This document shows positions 15,001 to 19,722 of a DNA stretch of 64,000 nucleotides, one piece after another. A program made the translations under genes and the position numbers. The notes under the pieces were generated by a model that ran no database searches, was not told where the DNA came from, and saw only the letters and a program-made list of their open reading frames with translations. The first letter of the stretch is position 1. Every line of letters starts with the position of its first letter. Origin of the DNA: Caecitellus pseudoparvulus (taxonomy: Eukaryota; Protista; Bigyra: Bicosoecida); the NCBI GenBank assembly GCA_965644315.1, contig CBFFRQ010000018.1:806001-870000 (forward strand), in the 5' to 3' direction.

Positions 15001-18000
15001 ACCTCCGACATCCCGCGCTTCGCCACGGCTTAGAGCAAGCTCCGAGCTTGGCTTTGAGACTCGCGGAGGGAGGTGCAGTGCTCGACGTTGCGTACCCACG
15101 GAACGGTGATGAAGGCAGTGCTGGCCGCGTCCCGCCGTCCACCTTCACCAAGCAACGCCTTGCAGCTCAATTCTTCAACAACACAGCTTGGTTCTCGGAG
15201 CCCGAGCTCCTTGGACTGCTGTCTGCCCTGAAGGACGCAACGCCCAGGGCTCGCGAGGCATTCTATGCAGAGTGCATTGTAGGCCGCAGGAGGGACAAGC
15301 AGACGTGGGCTGAGACGGCTCTTGGAACACTGTTCAAGGAGCAGGACGAAACGAGGTTGTCGAATCTGCGCCGAGCTTTGGATGCAGCTGGGCGTGTCTG
15401 GGCCGAGAAGCATGGTGGCAGCTTGAAGGCCGCTTTCGTAGCACTTGCTGGTGGGGAGTCGGTCCGAGTGAGTACTGCGGCATTAAAGGGCTGCCTCATG
15501 CAGCTGTCAGTCCCTGAACTCGATGAAGAGACCGCTGAGCAGCTGGCTGCATCGGCTGATGGCGACGATGACAGGCTGGTGGATTGGGTTGACGTGAAGG
15601 AGCGATTTACACCCCCTGCATCTCCGGATTCCAGGGCCCGGCATCTGGGGGCACATTCTGCTGCAAGCGGCTTGAAAGACGCCTTGCAGCTGATTGTCAG
15701 ACACGAACGATCCCGTCAGGACAAGGTGTCGGCACTGTTAGAATCTCAAGCCGCAACAAGCGAAGGTGCTGCAGAGGAGGTGCCACCCAGCCCACAAGGC
15801 GAGGATAGTCGACTCAACCCTGTGGAAGACAGAGAAGAAGTGTTTGTCGCGAAAACCGTTGCCAATCGCACGGGAACGATTGCAGATCACCTCAATGCCA
15901 GCGAGGTGCTGAGTGTCGGCGAGCTGCTGCTCACTTCTGGCGGAGGCGTTGCAATTGACTCTGACGTCGTGGTGTCCACGAAGGGCAGCTACGTGGCGTC
16001 TGTCTCGCCACGGAGAGTGCTGCTGCGCCGGTCTGCACACTACTTTGAGACGACACTGGTGCAGCTGAGTGAGTCGTCTGCGGCGAGCCATGCTCGTGTG
16101 GCAGCGGTGGGATGGGGCGATGCGAGTTTCACAGGCAGCTCTTCCCGAGCAGAAGGGGTAGGGGACACTCACTGCTCGTGGTCTTTCTCTGTGCTTGCTG
16201 TCCCGCCGTCGGCTGTGTCCGCCTCTTCGTCTCTGCTGCCGGGAATGGCTGCTGCTGAGACCGTGCATGTTGGCTTGTTCAGGCTTGGAGGCCAAGCATA
16301 CGCTGGTTCAGTTTTGCGAGACGCAGCGCCTCAGCTGGACATGCTGGCGCCCCATGCAGCTGCCGCAAATCGGCAAGCAACTGTTCTCCTTCCAGGGCAC
16401 GAAGATGCCTTGCACGCCATCCTTCTCATGGAGGGTGACAACATCAGCACTGTTGTGGACGTGGACTCGTGTGCCGTTTCGTGGCGTGTCAACGATCGGG
16501 CTGTCGAAACAGTCTCAGGCCAGACTGCTGTGCATGTGGAGGGTGTGCGAGGTGGCTTCGTTGCGTCCCTAACGGTAACAGCCAAGGCCGCAGTGCAGAT
16601 GAACACAGGCAACATGCCGTTCCGGTTCCTTCCCCCGCCAGGTGTGACTTCGCTTCGACGTGCAGGGCGACGTACGCAGGAAGTCAAGGTCGTTCGAGAG
16701 GCAGGGGATGCAGCAGGCCGCTTCGTTGCGACCGCTGAAGTTGAAGGCCTAAGTATCAAGAACAACACCATCATGAACGTTGGCTTCTTTCCCACAGCCG
16801 TGTGTGCGGGGGTGCTGCTCACTACAGGCAAGTGGTACTATGAAGCCACAGTCCTGCGCAAGGGGAACGGGTCGCAGATCGGGTGGGGGGACATCGAGTT
16901 TTGTGGCCTTGGTGGAGGGCGCGGTGTAGGAGACGATGAGCACTCCTTTGCGTTCGATGGAGAGCGGGTGTGCTTGTGGCACCGTCAGAACTCGCCAGGG
17001 TTTGGGCGAGCATGGCACACGGGCGATACGGTGGGCTTTGCGGTTGACTTGGACCGCCGCACGTTGAGTTTCGGCATCAACGGCCAGTGGAAGAGTCCCT
17101 TGGGAGTCGCTTTCCGTGACATCAAGTTTGTGTGTGGGCTGACACCCGCTGTCACGCCCCAGGGGAAAGACACCGCCTTCGCGGTGAACTTGGGGGAGCG
17201 CCCAATGCGCTATCCTCCGCCCGAGACGTCATACGGCACAGTCTGGCAGTGGTTGGTCGCGCACAAGCCAGACTTGAAGAGCAGAACACGGGGTGGTGCT
17301 GCTCCTGGGCAGCCGCTGGAGCTAGTCAACAACCCTACGGGAGAAGTGTACGGCGTCGCAGGTCCAGCCGCTGCACAAGGCACCGGCATTTCTGCGGATG
17401 CTGCATCGGAGCTGCCTGCCTCGGTTCCCTTGACTCGGGGTGTCTCCACGTTGCAGACTGTTGCAAGCATGCAGGACGAGCTTAGCATCCCCTTGCGGGT
17501 TTCCAGTGGCTTTCGCCTCGTGAGTCGTCGAGGCAAGTCCTACGAACTCACCGTCAAGGGCTCCCTGCCGCCAAGTGTCGTTGGTGATGGGGTTGCTGTG
17601 CATTCAGGCAAGTGGTACTATGAAGTCCTTGTGTCGTCCAAGACAGCTGCTTCCTCTGTCATCGTTGGGTGGGCTGATGCGCGGTTTTCTGGACGATGGG
17701 CGCGCAGGGCGACGGTCGGCGACGACAGTGCATCGTGGGGCTGGGCAGCCACGGCAGGGGAATTCCGCCACTCTGGTAAGTCCCACCCGCTAAAGCCGAA
17801 GCAGCTAGGCAGTGCTGAGCAGGCCATGGCGGCACCGCCAGTTCCTGTCCGCGCTGGCTCCATCCTTGGCGTCGCGGTGGATGTTGACGCTGGCAGGTTC
17901 ACTTTCACTCTCAATGGTGAGTGGGACACACGGGCAGAGTCTGGGAGCGCCAGCTCAAGTTTGCAGCACAGGAGCGCAGACAGTGCCCGCAAGGCTGATC

Positions 18001-18368
18001 TGCAGGCTAGGCTTGCCGCTGCCGCAGCGGAAGAAGACTGGGACAAGCTGGAAGATCTGCAGATGGAGCTGAGCCTGATGGAAGCCATTGCCGAGAGCCA
18101 AGCCGATGCCAGCACTGAAGTTGACCAGACTGATACTGGCGCCGCAGCTCCTGCGGTCTTGGCGGACTTGGCGAGCGCTGGGGTTGTAGATGGCACCATT
18201 GAGCAAGGCATCGTTGGTGGTTTGACCCCTGCTGTGTCCGCCGCCCATGACACGTCCATTGTGCTGAACTTTGGTGGCCCTGAGGGTGAGGGCTTCCGGC
18301 ATTCTCCTCCCTCTGGGTACCAACCGCTGCACTTGCGCCTCGTGGAGTTGCAACAGGGGTCTGCCTGA
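3..18368 (+). CDS. Giant DUF3638/DUF3645 P-loop (SF2/SecA-like) protein with CUB-like, UBA/UIM-like, EF-hand and 3 SPRY domains; 5'-partial
   Basis: The frame is open from base 3, so the TTG at 12 is not a real start. Walker A-like QMIMGQGKTT (~10767), Walker B LLLDEVD (~11370), DUF3645-type RRLLAVPFVGKDVPSDASEFAHPEV (~12390), ALIDTGAL, FYDQTHCTG, and QGAWRMRG (~13395). EF-hand DGDDDRLVDWVD (~15558). SPRY motifs GKWYYE..IGWG..GVGDD (16030-18340). Confidence 0.85.
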   Translation, partial: DLTLRFPGEDQATELHRLAAAAAKSAIEGPCLDEAAELDPQQAHAAAHPKRVDQALSWEETLAALAATEKACDEVRQKGGASSSASQSPLHTVMSIVEHTMLEVLPAPVAWSERRAATGVVDAWTPASVTISEQRSALAIIFSLFCHYTSAWRSLPYDRNAAGAHQVTAAALAAAFDSTLRLVASDEPSPLSLLLQGVNDAWASKFAIPLVPLIEAAGIEIATDRAEAAAARAASRRAQGESDTKDDRPVQEILLDRPAYRYAAAWACAPGTSLPKFAPAFTLDYHEWGQPHTTLLALTDTALFAGYPHAASRRSQVAAYFSELATASQSKGRDMAAPPAPGQEVRAPSAKASALALPQKGGRFGSSIKFKEEDAWSEFTTFLLADMKRDSCLPPSAPALPFTDTQVASAAARGQGSFMYVGYWMSEEWEEFPEYGLLRDFLVAVTSSAFISVRGSSVLPGAQGEYYPDDMHSSWAVTRNYAAEGHGQGDDIDMQIKHMGGDLRPRAPGSVETATLSDGLALVGLKSSVRPSTAAGSRPGGSGGLMSTIMQAMMSGDPASAQDAMLEAAEAAGIELPDDPNDPQQGMAFISRLMQSGVGGSGMPGGMPMGGVPPGATPGAPGQCPMQTPVLTAQTLDDAAHVNHALVAPFDVLLQRPGPVQAAAGELLRALLLHDRLASEQKDLWAAFWKAWPLLVGRGGQGGQAGEADHVASAGVDDEERILRVRDLPTFNASLSPQDSEALISLLTVRYTRIPLLLRFFSENRLGALFHPHLQLLTERVLFEPGPYAAASSLSPLTIQAVPLGSAEEHSVMATPSGLLANELWHCAEGVADPLLAIANNVANMCHGHYSSSFVGLLFYVLRLVYGVEASLVQAVEAHITSGSQATPQGKSASVALLRLRKFTLGTARAVLLKYIDQAAADFDRLGRAADAQTQPGESQASSEEVASQRSVITSTQVTLHAHHALLFAFLAQLADDGAGESKASDSASLQPPIGEQDLFYLSPEHASAMLSSVSFVTAWASQRSTFPLGDTPQEVLKAGGPSLSVPLGEVYRAMSRQRRSITTIAAAMPARDLDHLLDGVLSTALRRVEHRPGWEPASKPAFKCERTLGSPHPYLPATDTYETISFPGAESMTLSFDQKSATASERDYVIVYTSSACASYWGTGKFSLADGWPGAGGRPPLVIPADNAVVHFHSEGDSIGDWGWGLHVEATVNAPAAMKLSTQPLPGAAAASLCSSAGYDVGSIPSTIPLSWAQAAMAATWNDQAAALQHVEQHALQLAARLGLDGKATADGHESDSFTALFRDGTGNVQIDLQTGEIFIGNRSRAPVPSHIASHADFASVFGSERPLASLLSSNLHAKTFELDHGLFTYRLVAWTPVGAPPSERDMVNIHAPSSRQEGDAGAAAAEPLPAPASQPLLKAEPSTVHEDDDMLLSEQATHRNMPLRIRGSVEWRGQKYSTRWSPTSFEAMLEEVLVSALTSAQLPPGTPRQSFLLPEGVGQSRSSHDVVAAAMDAFSSSRLTARVLHLFEWMAPAITATAGLVEDHIIRTGGAQQAGGGDVDKAGTGRSGSRMWASANAVHRVAADILRKLKLHEAAAEQEAQADAMCGAGSGAADPSTQPATGDVLLRALWFVPPQGDFIKRLGKPGTWFSLEVSATRQVVQVYQLVESGRRTLRSLVACSDGRAALRSIDVVPSTMQPDQLLHARHAVASPCTESDPAALIAARTKSKTRAPSRRWASSKPKQGPAPSSIGSIIVSRKFAAAGDAGAFSRTWEEHVPEHLLYGSLPHALLEAYDFWKGTRPALPQPVGSTKFVSAGPSLATVLRGYPRDDSADSILEVDIASDGSGHAIVRRFSMQAFRAHCRALADISTLRRQASKAASGAAPALAVSESAAWSKYVAAMSQMDEGAVCTLLNVSSGSLLSPARRIADTLSRIESISHVLVWSHSFAFQGANVSVSKVELPRLKTSFSPRLDEEGRMRVYCDEFSGHYLSDDRDTSILRHMKGIPHSVLLSNRAGEHSILVPNLPLHRPAVKAEPFTTDIITCHGEGWESAVSTRLYRYPVHASGAFLAVPSVAAAWYLVLLRLMHRDYEGAAELLPACATDVAFSSEEAWVAAMVNRTAGFDEDSSEAPSEGGPEGQGEVKIDAPDMHPNAHALRLRLALIQFEAGMLTGPLVPKVLARDFTKYVSKQPHVAAFARLSPSEEVDVVAGIKAAAGPDAGDFASGRQEYASALVAVAEESALQAERFESVRAELRAQIAEVDLHLSADLGASADGVEGAAGAPPPPPPASRPSLTTEVSTLAASGILRSCTVQTPHPFAGSLLVEGASRQVARTQRNADSSGGAAADQQRSRVLWQLQWFKGGESVEVAFSEECTLGMGPAELRVYAVEQYPPQSSGDGADPASSEILELSGTFDSETDIPASWELLDTLRDSAKGNNSGQMLWPGVGGMPALIADAPGVALVYVQGAEVPPTHIPRRGGLVAVEPPWGWKAVVTASVPITSGAEAVAELWQGVKLSRQASSKAAEEHDTAKLQEQRAQLVALLEGAFPAEVTRELALGGPSMGSGSSAVRDVLEAVEHQLQGTGQLKEGSAAPVYDPLSEVVMSYDPAPTSLFQYVGTLADSSSSMGVPREVQQARYVRPKPASDTGGHIEWWELLEKVWNDDTPGLMDTPSRPGWAFLYEVLTSAVPVDITALPPKEDPSMRQEEEEEGESSGGAAASGSGRAASTDAVSHWYESSREGSGGTADAPCLTSSATATYVRLILLSMLAHHSAGPASATVPQQLYLVLLGATVAAAAASRPDVAVDVFAKSSLSAGEQVEPFVSPDAGPEERFTLEQFPLLPLHDEAMAIMAQERGVCSMEYFLTRKYQDFPYQVGAPSDVAQAFTALTGQQGHGGGQAASRMGFSMWHRGTNIGPILWARIVACVVRGVNSGAWLHEKKVREAAHAVLDSSGTLAVGALPEVKQQMLAAHARDVVKLTISLKCLPPPRAVVDDTSCAARFLQRKTAGVAPEDLEQFASSPLGSLAQGDGPGAPFVQLLPGPGNDEHPDGPLLDALPFKLGETTKGMAAVESYVGAQMLERMASDLDASAQKARSKKVPQLTVLCDTKLSCIQAAVSAADKSVQAALAGADGHTLSLEAAAGFSDEAAQVVTDAMAELERLQNHLQGLRARDSAQAAAAQRALVRAANWTSPSTESSPSEVAERLTFSMLRAHGDSAWISFPLLAAVVMSPSPQAVLSKLNPFLSEEGINQLLCETQVLLLRCNRISQLARCVADVSSVMDRLSQLLTSRLSAAAQLSTPAGHCAPSHAIVCQALEESAFDPCGAAELLSVHLRSVASASEAVRDALSRLPAHAGESDETPQVDVGEPSKAADAAHPPSSTASPAARLERLAPRLAALALQVAYKEAGALPLQRLSGQSLQGALDKALSRLCPDTQAATLRALLGDHHTASSSSPRSPDSISLRSLAFISWLLECVVDVRCAWKGTVLSVPAAPARLSTRKQCLEVFADRVKSSSAMLHVLRHAAMRLAGQLTARRHFMHAETGGWRYDPRFLVFEFVSTFILRRRQVELVIDFLKAAYAGESNVSQMIMGQGKTTVIGPLLALVLADGRSLVTQVCPAPLLDQTKSVLRGVFCSVIAKRILTLKFERSSPLYFPDEAAGGPAAGIEKLKGLVRKLQRAKRERAIVATTPETLKSMMLKYVDLLATVASAPVESRMDIESIPARAVRDAAGRSAASLWAAGAAADQLRNLIALWGGTAVWDGVLAESTGGCDHRFPGLNKKVPSKGLLLLDEVDLLLHSLRSELNFPVGIKHRLNMWPRRWEFPIHLLDALFASCDPTSGVAQLLSEGIAPAASQASPDEGDSEVAEESSDQLDLSADSVTSGMGRVSVPGFRSGSESDSILRELRHALADGVASFAMQPLPHPTLLSPAFYEARLRPVLARWAMLWLRSQSAVQRTFGSLPLAAAAPVIAELLQVDCTEPAGVAAARAAAARVPDTRSLAGDFLVGDAPVLGGAAEEHILAYVQGCPIPSSPPAQWLQEQQRLAEEEAVSLLSAAAAVDEGIADAERAELASQPALAMQCVNLVREWITTFMPHCMSKINRVSYGLLTPRDLARYTQEMLGRMPRSRRLLAVPFVGKDVPSDASEFAHPEVLIGLSICAMRYEGLRRSDLKVVLDSMKSDLQNESGRMENRPTRVLFSDWLARADADFKQVLEAVALPAESKQALSQISPAQSVLPLELAQPREATQFDSMYSALRRSPEIITHYLRQHVFMEVMRHQDIKLTATGVDLGSDMLFGTRLGFSGTPSDLLPLSLRPCHYEPGSEADIVRVLTDESLVSAQPLDAWSVTSLLKHIAKASPPFHALIDTGALVTGMNNEQVARFLLSVGLPGMRGCVFLDDKDRKSIVLREGGAPMPLAECGIPPHERFCFYDQTHCTGMHIDQALNARAAVTLGKDMTLRDYAQGAWRMRGLGKGQTLTAVVVPEVRELIEGVVSRQAPHAAQGGSAAGTGLSRQTGALGPQTSDGEGGSPLPPAPALSLTRSLSSSVPADVQLSSRPSGLTLSLPAAVVAWLTFNSIKSEQLQFLALCQQNVAYAWRRTAFTDLIRTSQPSQAQFKVSRLGLKTRFHAPVTRAEVEAFLHTIPAEQVPVEFPDSASNEPSGHGQDGRLAALLERDPESLTTDEQLELALLMSALDAPQPAPAEAEDSGDATTAGAGEGEAGTPTQSTEGGAAGAVTDAEPSQPGGGEPPVELVRGNVAWLRMCVEVFREPLDMSIPSDVPEPQPFEAKLAAEAARWKELISAEEDKAVLPGMTTKAYVAAILEEAAQATAAQGEDAYKSNSHDAEVVQEQEKESEQEAQVEIQQEVEVQFADGSDTLMPWPLTALRSQSLSSEEAAAVASLSGSQPPAAPLGLQSLLADGMFYSMQDFELLRGREKLAFPAGLLVSQNHTPQLASPTLPRRLRNVVVILQLADRGGSGDDSSVMLSLLEAQTVRRAVHLRHPALRHGLEQAPSLALRLAEGGAVLDVAYPRNGDEGSAGRVPPSTFTKQRLAAQFFNNTAWFSEPELLGLLSALKDATPRAREAFYAECIVGRRRDKQTWAETALGTLFKEQDETRLSNLRRALDAAGRVWAEKHGGSLKAAFVALAGGESVRVSTAALKGCLMQLSVPELDEETAEQLAASADGDDDRLVDWVDVKERFTPPASPDSRARHLGAHSAASGLKDALQLIVRHERSRQDKVSALLESQAATSEGAAEEVPPSPQGEDSRLNPVEDREEVFVAKTVANRTGTIADHLNASEVLSVGELLLTSGGGVAIDSDVVVSTKGSYVASVSPRRVLLRRSAHYFETTLVQLSESSAASHARVAAVGWGDASFTGSSSRAEGVGDTHCSWSFSVLAVPPSAVSASSSLLPGMAAAETVHVGLFRLGGQAYAGSVLRDAAPQLDMLAPHAAAANRQATVLLPGHEDALHAILLMEGDNISTVVDVDSCAVSWRVNDRAVETVSGQTAVHVEGVRGGFVASLTVTAKAAVQMNTGNMPFRFLPPPGVTSLRRAGRRTQEVKVVREAGDAAGRFVATAEVEGLSIKNNTIMNVGFFPTAVCAGVLLTTGKWYYEATVLRKGNGSQIGWGDIEFCGLGGGRGVGDDEHSFAFDGERVCLWHRQNSPGFGRAWHTGDTVGFAVDLDRRTLSFGINGQWKSPLGVAFRDIKFVCGLTPAVTPQGKDTAFAVNLGERPMRYPPPETSYGTVWQWLVAHKPDLKSRTRGGAAPGQPLELVNNPTGEVYGVAGPAAAQGTGISADAASELPASVPLTRGVSTLQTVASMQDELSIPLRVSSGFRLVSRRGKSYELTVKGSLPPSVVGDGVAVHSGKWYYEVLVSSKTAASSVIVGWADARFSGRWARRATVGDDSASWGWAATAGEFRHSGKSHPLKPKQLGSAEQAMAAPPVPVRAGSILGVAVDVDAGRFTFTLNGEWDTRAESGSASSSLQHRSADSARKADLQARLAAAAAEEDWDKLEDLQMELSLMEAIAESQADASTEVDQTDTGAAAPAVLADLASAGVVDGTIEQGIVGGLTPAVSAAHDTSIVLNFGGPEGEGFRHSPPSGYQPLHLRLVELQQGSA

Positions 18369-18400
18369 CACCAGCCGCCTTAGCGGTCATGAAATGCACT

Positions 18401-19525
18401 TCATAACTGCCCAGCGGCGCTGCTCCATACATGGAAAGATGCATCGTAGAAGCTGGCACTGCCAACGGCCCAGGCACTGCCTCCAGCTGGCAGCACCCAG
18501 TCCACGCCGTATGCCAGGTGGTCAATTTGCTTCTCTTCACACTTCGGTGTGTGGCCCCAGTAAACACGCTCTGACTTGACTTCCGCGGACGCGGCAGAGG
18601 ACTCCTTGGCTAGCTCCCAGTCAATGACGTGGAATCCGCCTCGCATGGAGGCTGTGGCCATCAAATTTGGGTGAGCAGGGTGCCACTTGATGCGCCACAC
18701 GCCCCCTCCCTGTGCTTGCTGGGCCAATGGCGCCTTTCGGTTTCGAGCGTCCCACAACGCCACCGTACCATCGTACGACCCAGTTGCGAAAGTGTGCTCC
18801 AGCTCCGCGTGCCACTGAGCAGAGCATACGCCCTCAGAGTGCGCAGAGGAGACCCATGTCGGTGTTGCACCCGTGCGAAGGTCAAACGCTTTCAGCTTGC
18901 AGTCGTCTCCCCCAGTCAGCAAGCTGTTCGAGTCCCACGCGTTGAAGGCGACGATCCACACTTGGATGTCCATGCCACCGAAGAACTCGTGAGCCCGCCA
19001 AGAAGAAACCTCCTCCATGCCCCCTTCTCCCATTTCCAGCACGTGCACAGAGCTGTGAGTCGTGGACACCGCCACTTTCGCAGAGGTGTCCCGGCTGCGG
19101 CGGTTGCTCCAGTCCAATGAAAGGGCCATGCTGCCGTCTTCGTCCACCAACCGCTCACTGGTGTGCTGCAAGGAAAGTGACATTTCCTTCAACTGGTAAA
19201 GCTCAACACAGCCGCCAGCCGTTGCAGAAGCCAGCGTCGGCAGAACACCGCCGTCCTCGGCGGCGCAGCTCCACTTCGCGTCCAGCACGCCGTCGCTGGC
19301 CACAAAGTCCCCAATTGAGACCTGGGGTGCGGCTGCGTCGGAGTCTTGCTCCCGAACATGCGCCACCTGGAACCCACCTTGACGCTCGCGGGTCTCTTCG
19401 TCCAACTGGTAGGTGCCAACGACGAGCACACCTTCCCGCTGAGGGCAGCGTTCCACACAATCTGCACAGAAAGGCGTGGAGTGCTCCAACAGCACTTGCC
19501 ACGAAAGTTCAGCCTCTGATGCCAT
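18401..19525 (-). CDS. DPH7: Diphthine methylesterase DPH7 (WDR85/RRT2), WD40 protein
   Basis: Likely ATG at 19525 (MASEAEL). Family motifs ADCVE..LVVGTYQL, GVLDAKW, ALSLDWS, TGGDDCKLKAFDLR, ATGSYDG, GGGVWRIKWHP, LAYGVDW, SFYD..FHVW. Confidence 0.92.
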   Translation of the reverse strand: MASEAELSWQVLLEHSTPFCADCVERCPQREGVLVVGTYQLDEETRERQGGFQVAHVREQDSDAAAPQVSIGDFVASDGVLDAKWSCAAEDGGVLPTLASATAGGCVELYQLKEMSLSLQHTSERLVDEDGSMALSLDWSNRRSRDTSAKVAVSTTHSSVHVLEMGEGGMEEVSSWRAHEFFGGMDIQVWIVAFNAWDSNSLLTGGDDCKLKAFDLRTGATPTWVSSAHSEGVCSAQWHAELEHTFATGSYDGTVALWDARNRKAPLAQQAQGGGVWRIKWHPAHPNLMATASMRGGFHVIDWELAKESSAASAEVKSERVYWGHTPKCEEKQIDHLAYGVDWVLPAGGSAWAVGSASFYDASFHVWSSAAGQL

Positions 19526-19722
19526 GGCAAGGAGTGTCAAATCTCGAGGAGGGGAAACTCGGGGACCAAAGATCAGTGTGACGTCGACAAGACAGCCCCT
19601 CCAAACAGGCGCTCCTGCGGAAATCGCTTCTGAGCAGGCCTTCACGGCAGCACGCACTACAGTGAGGACGCAAAGCGGGGAGTCCTCTTGTGCTGGACAG
19701 TGGGTTGAAGGACTTGTGTAAA

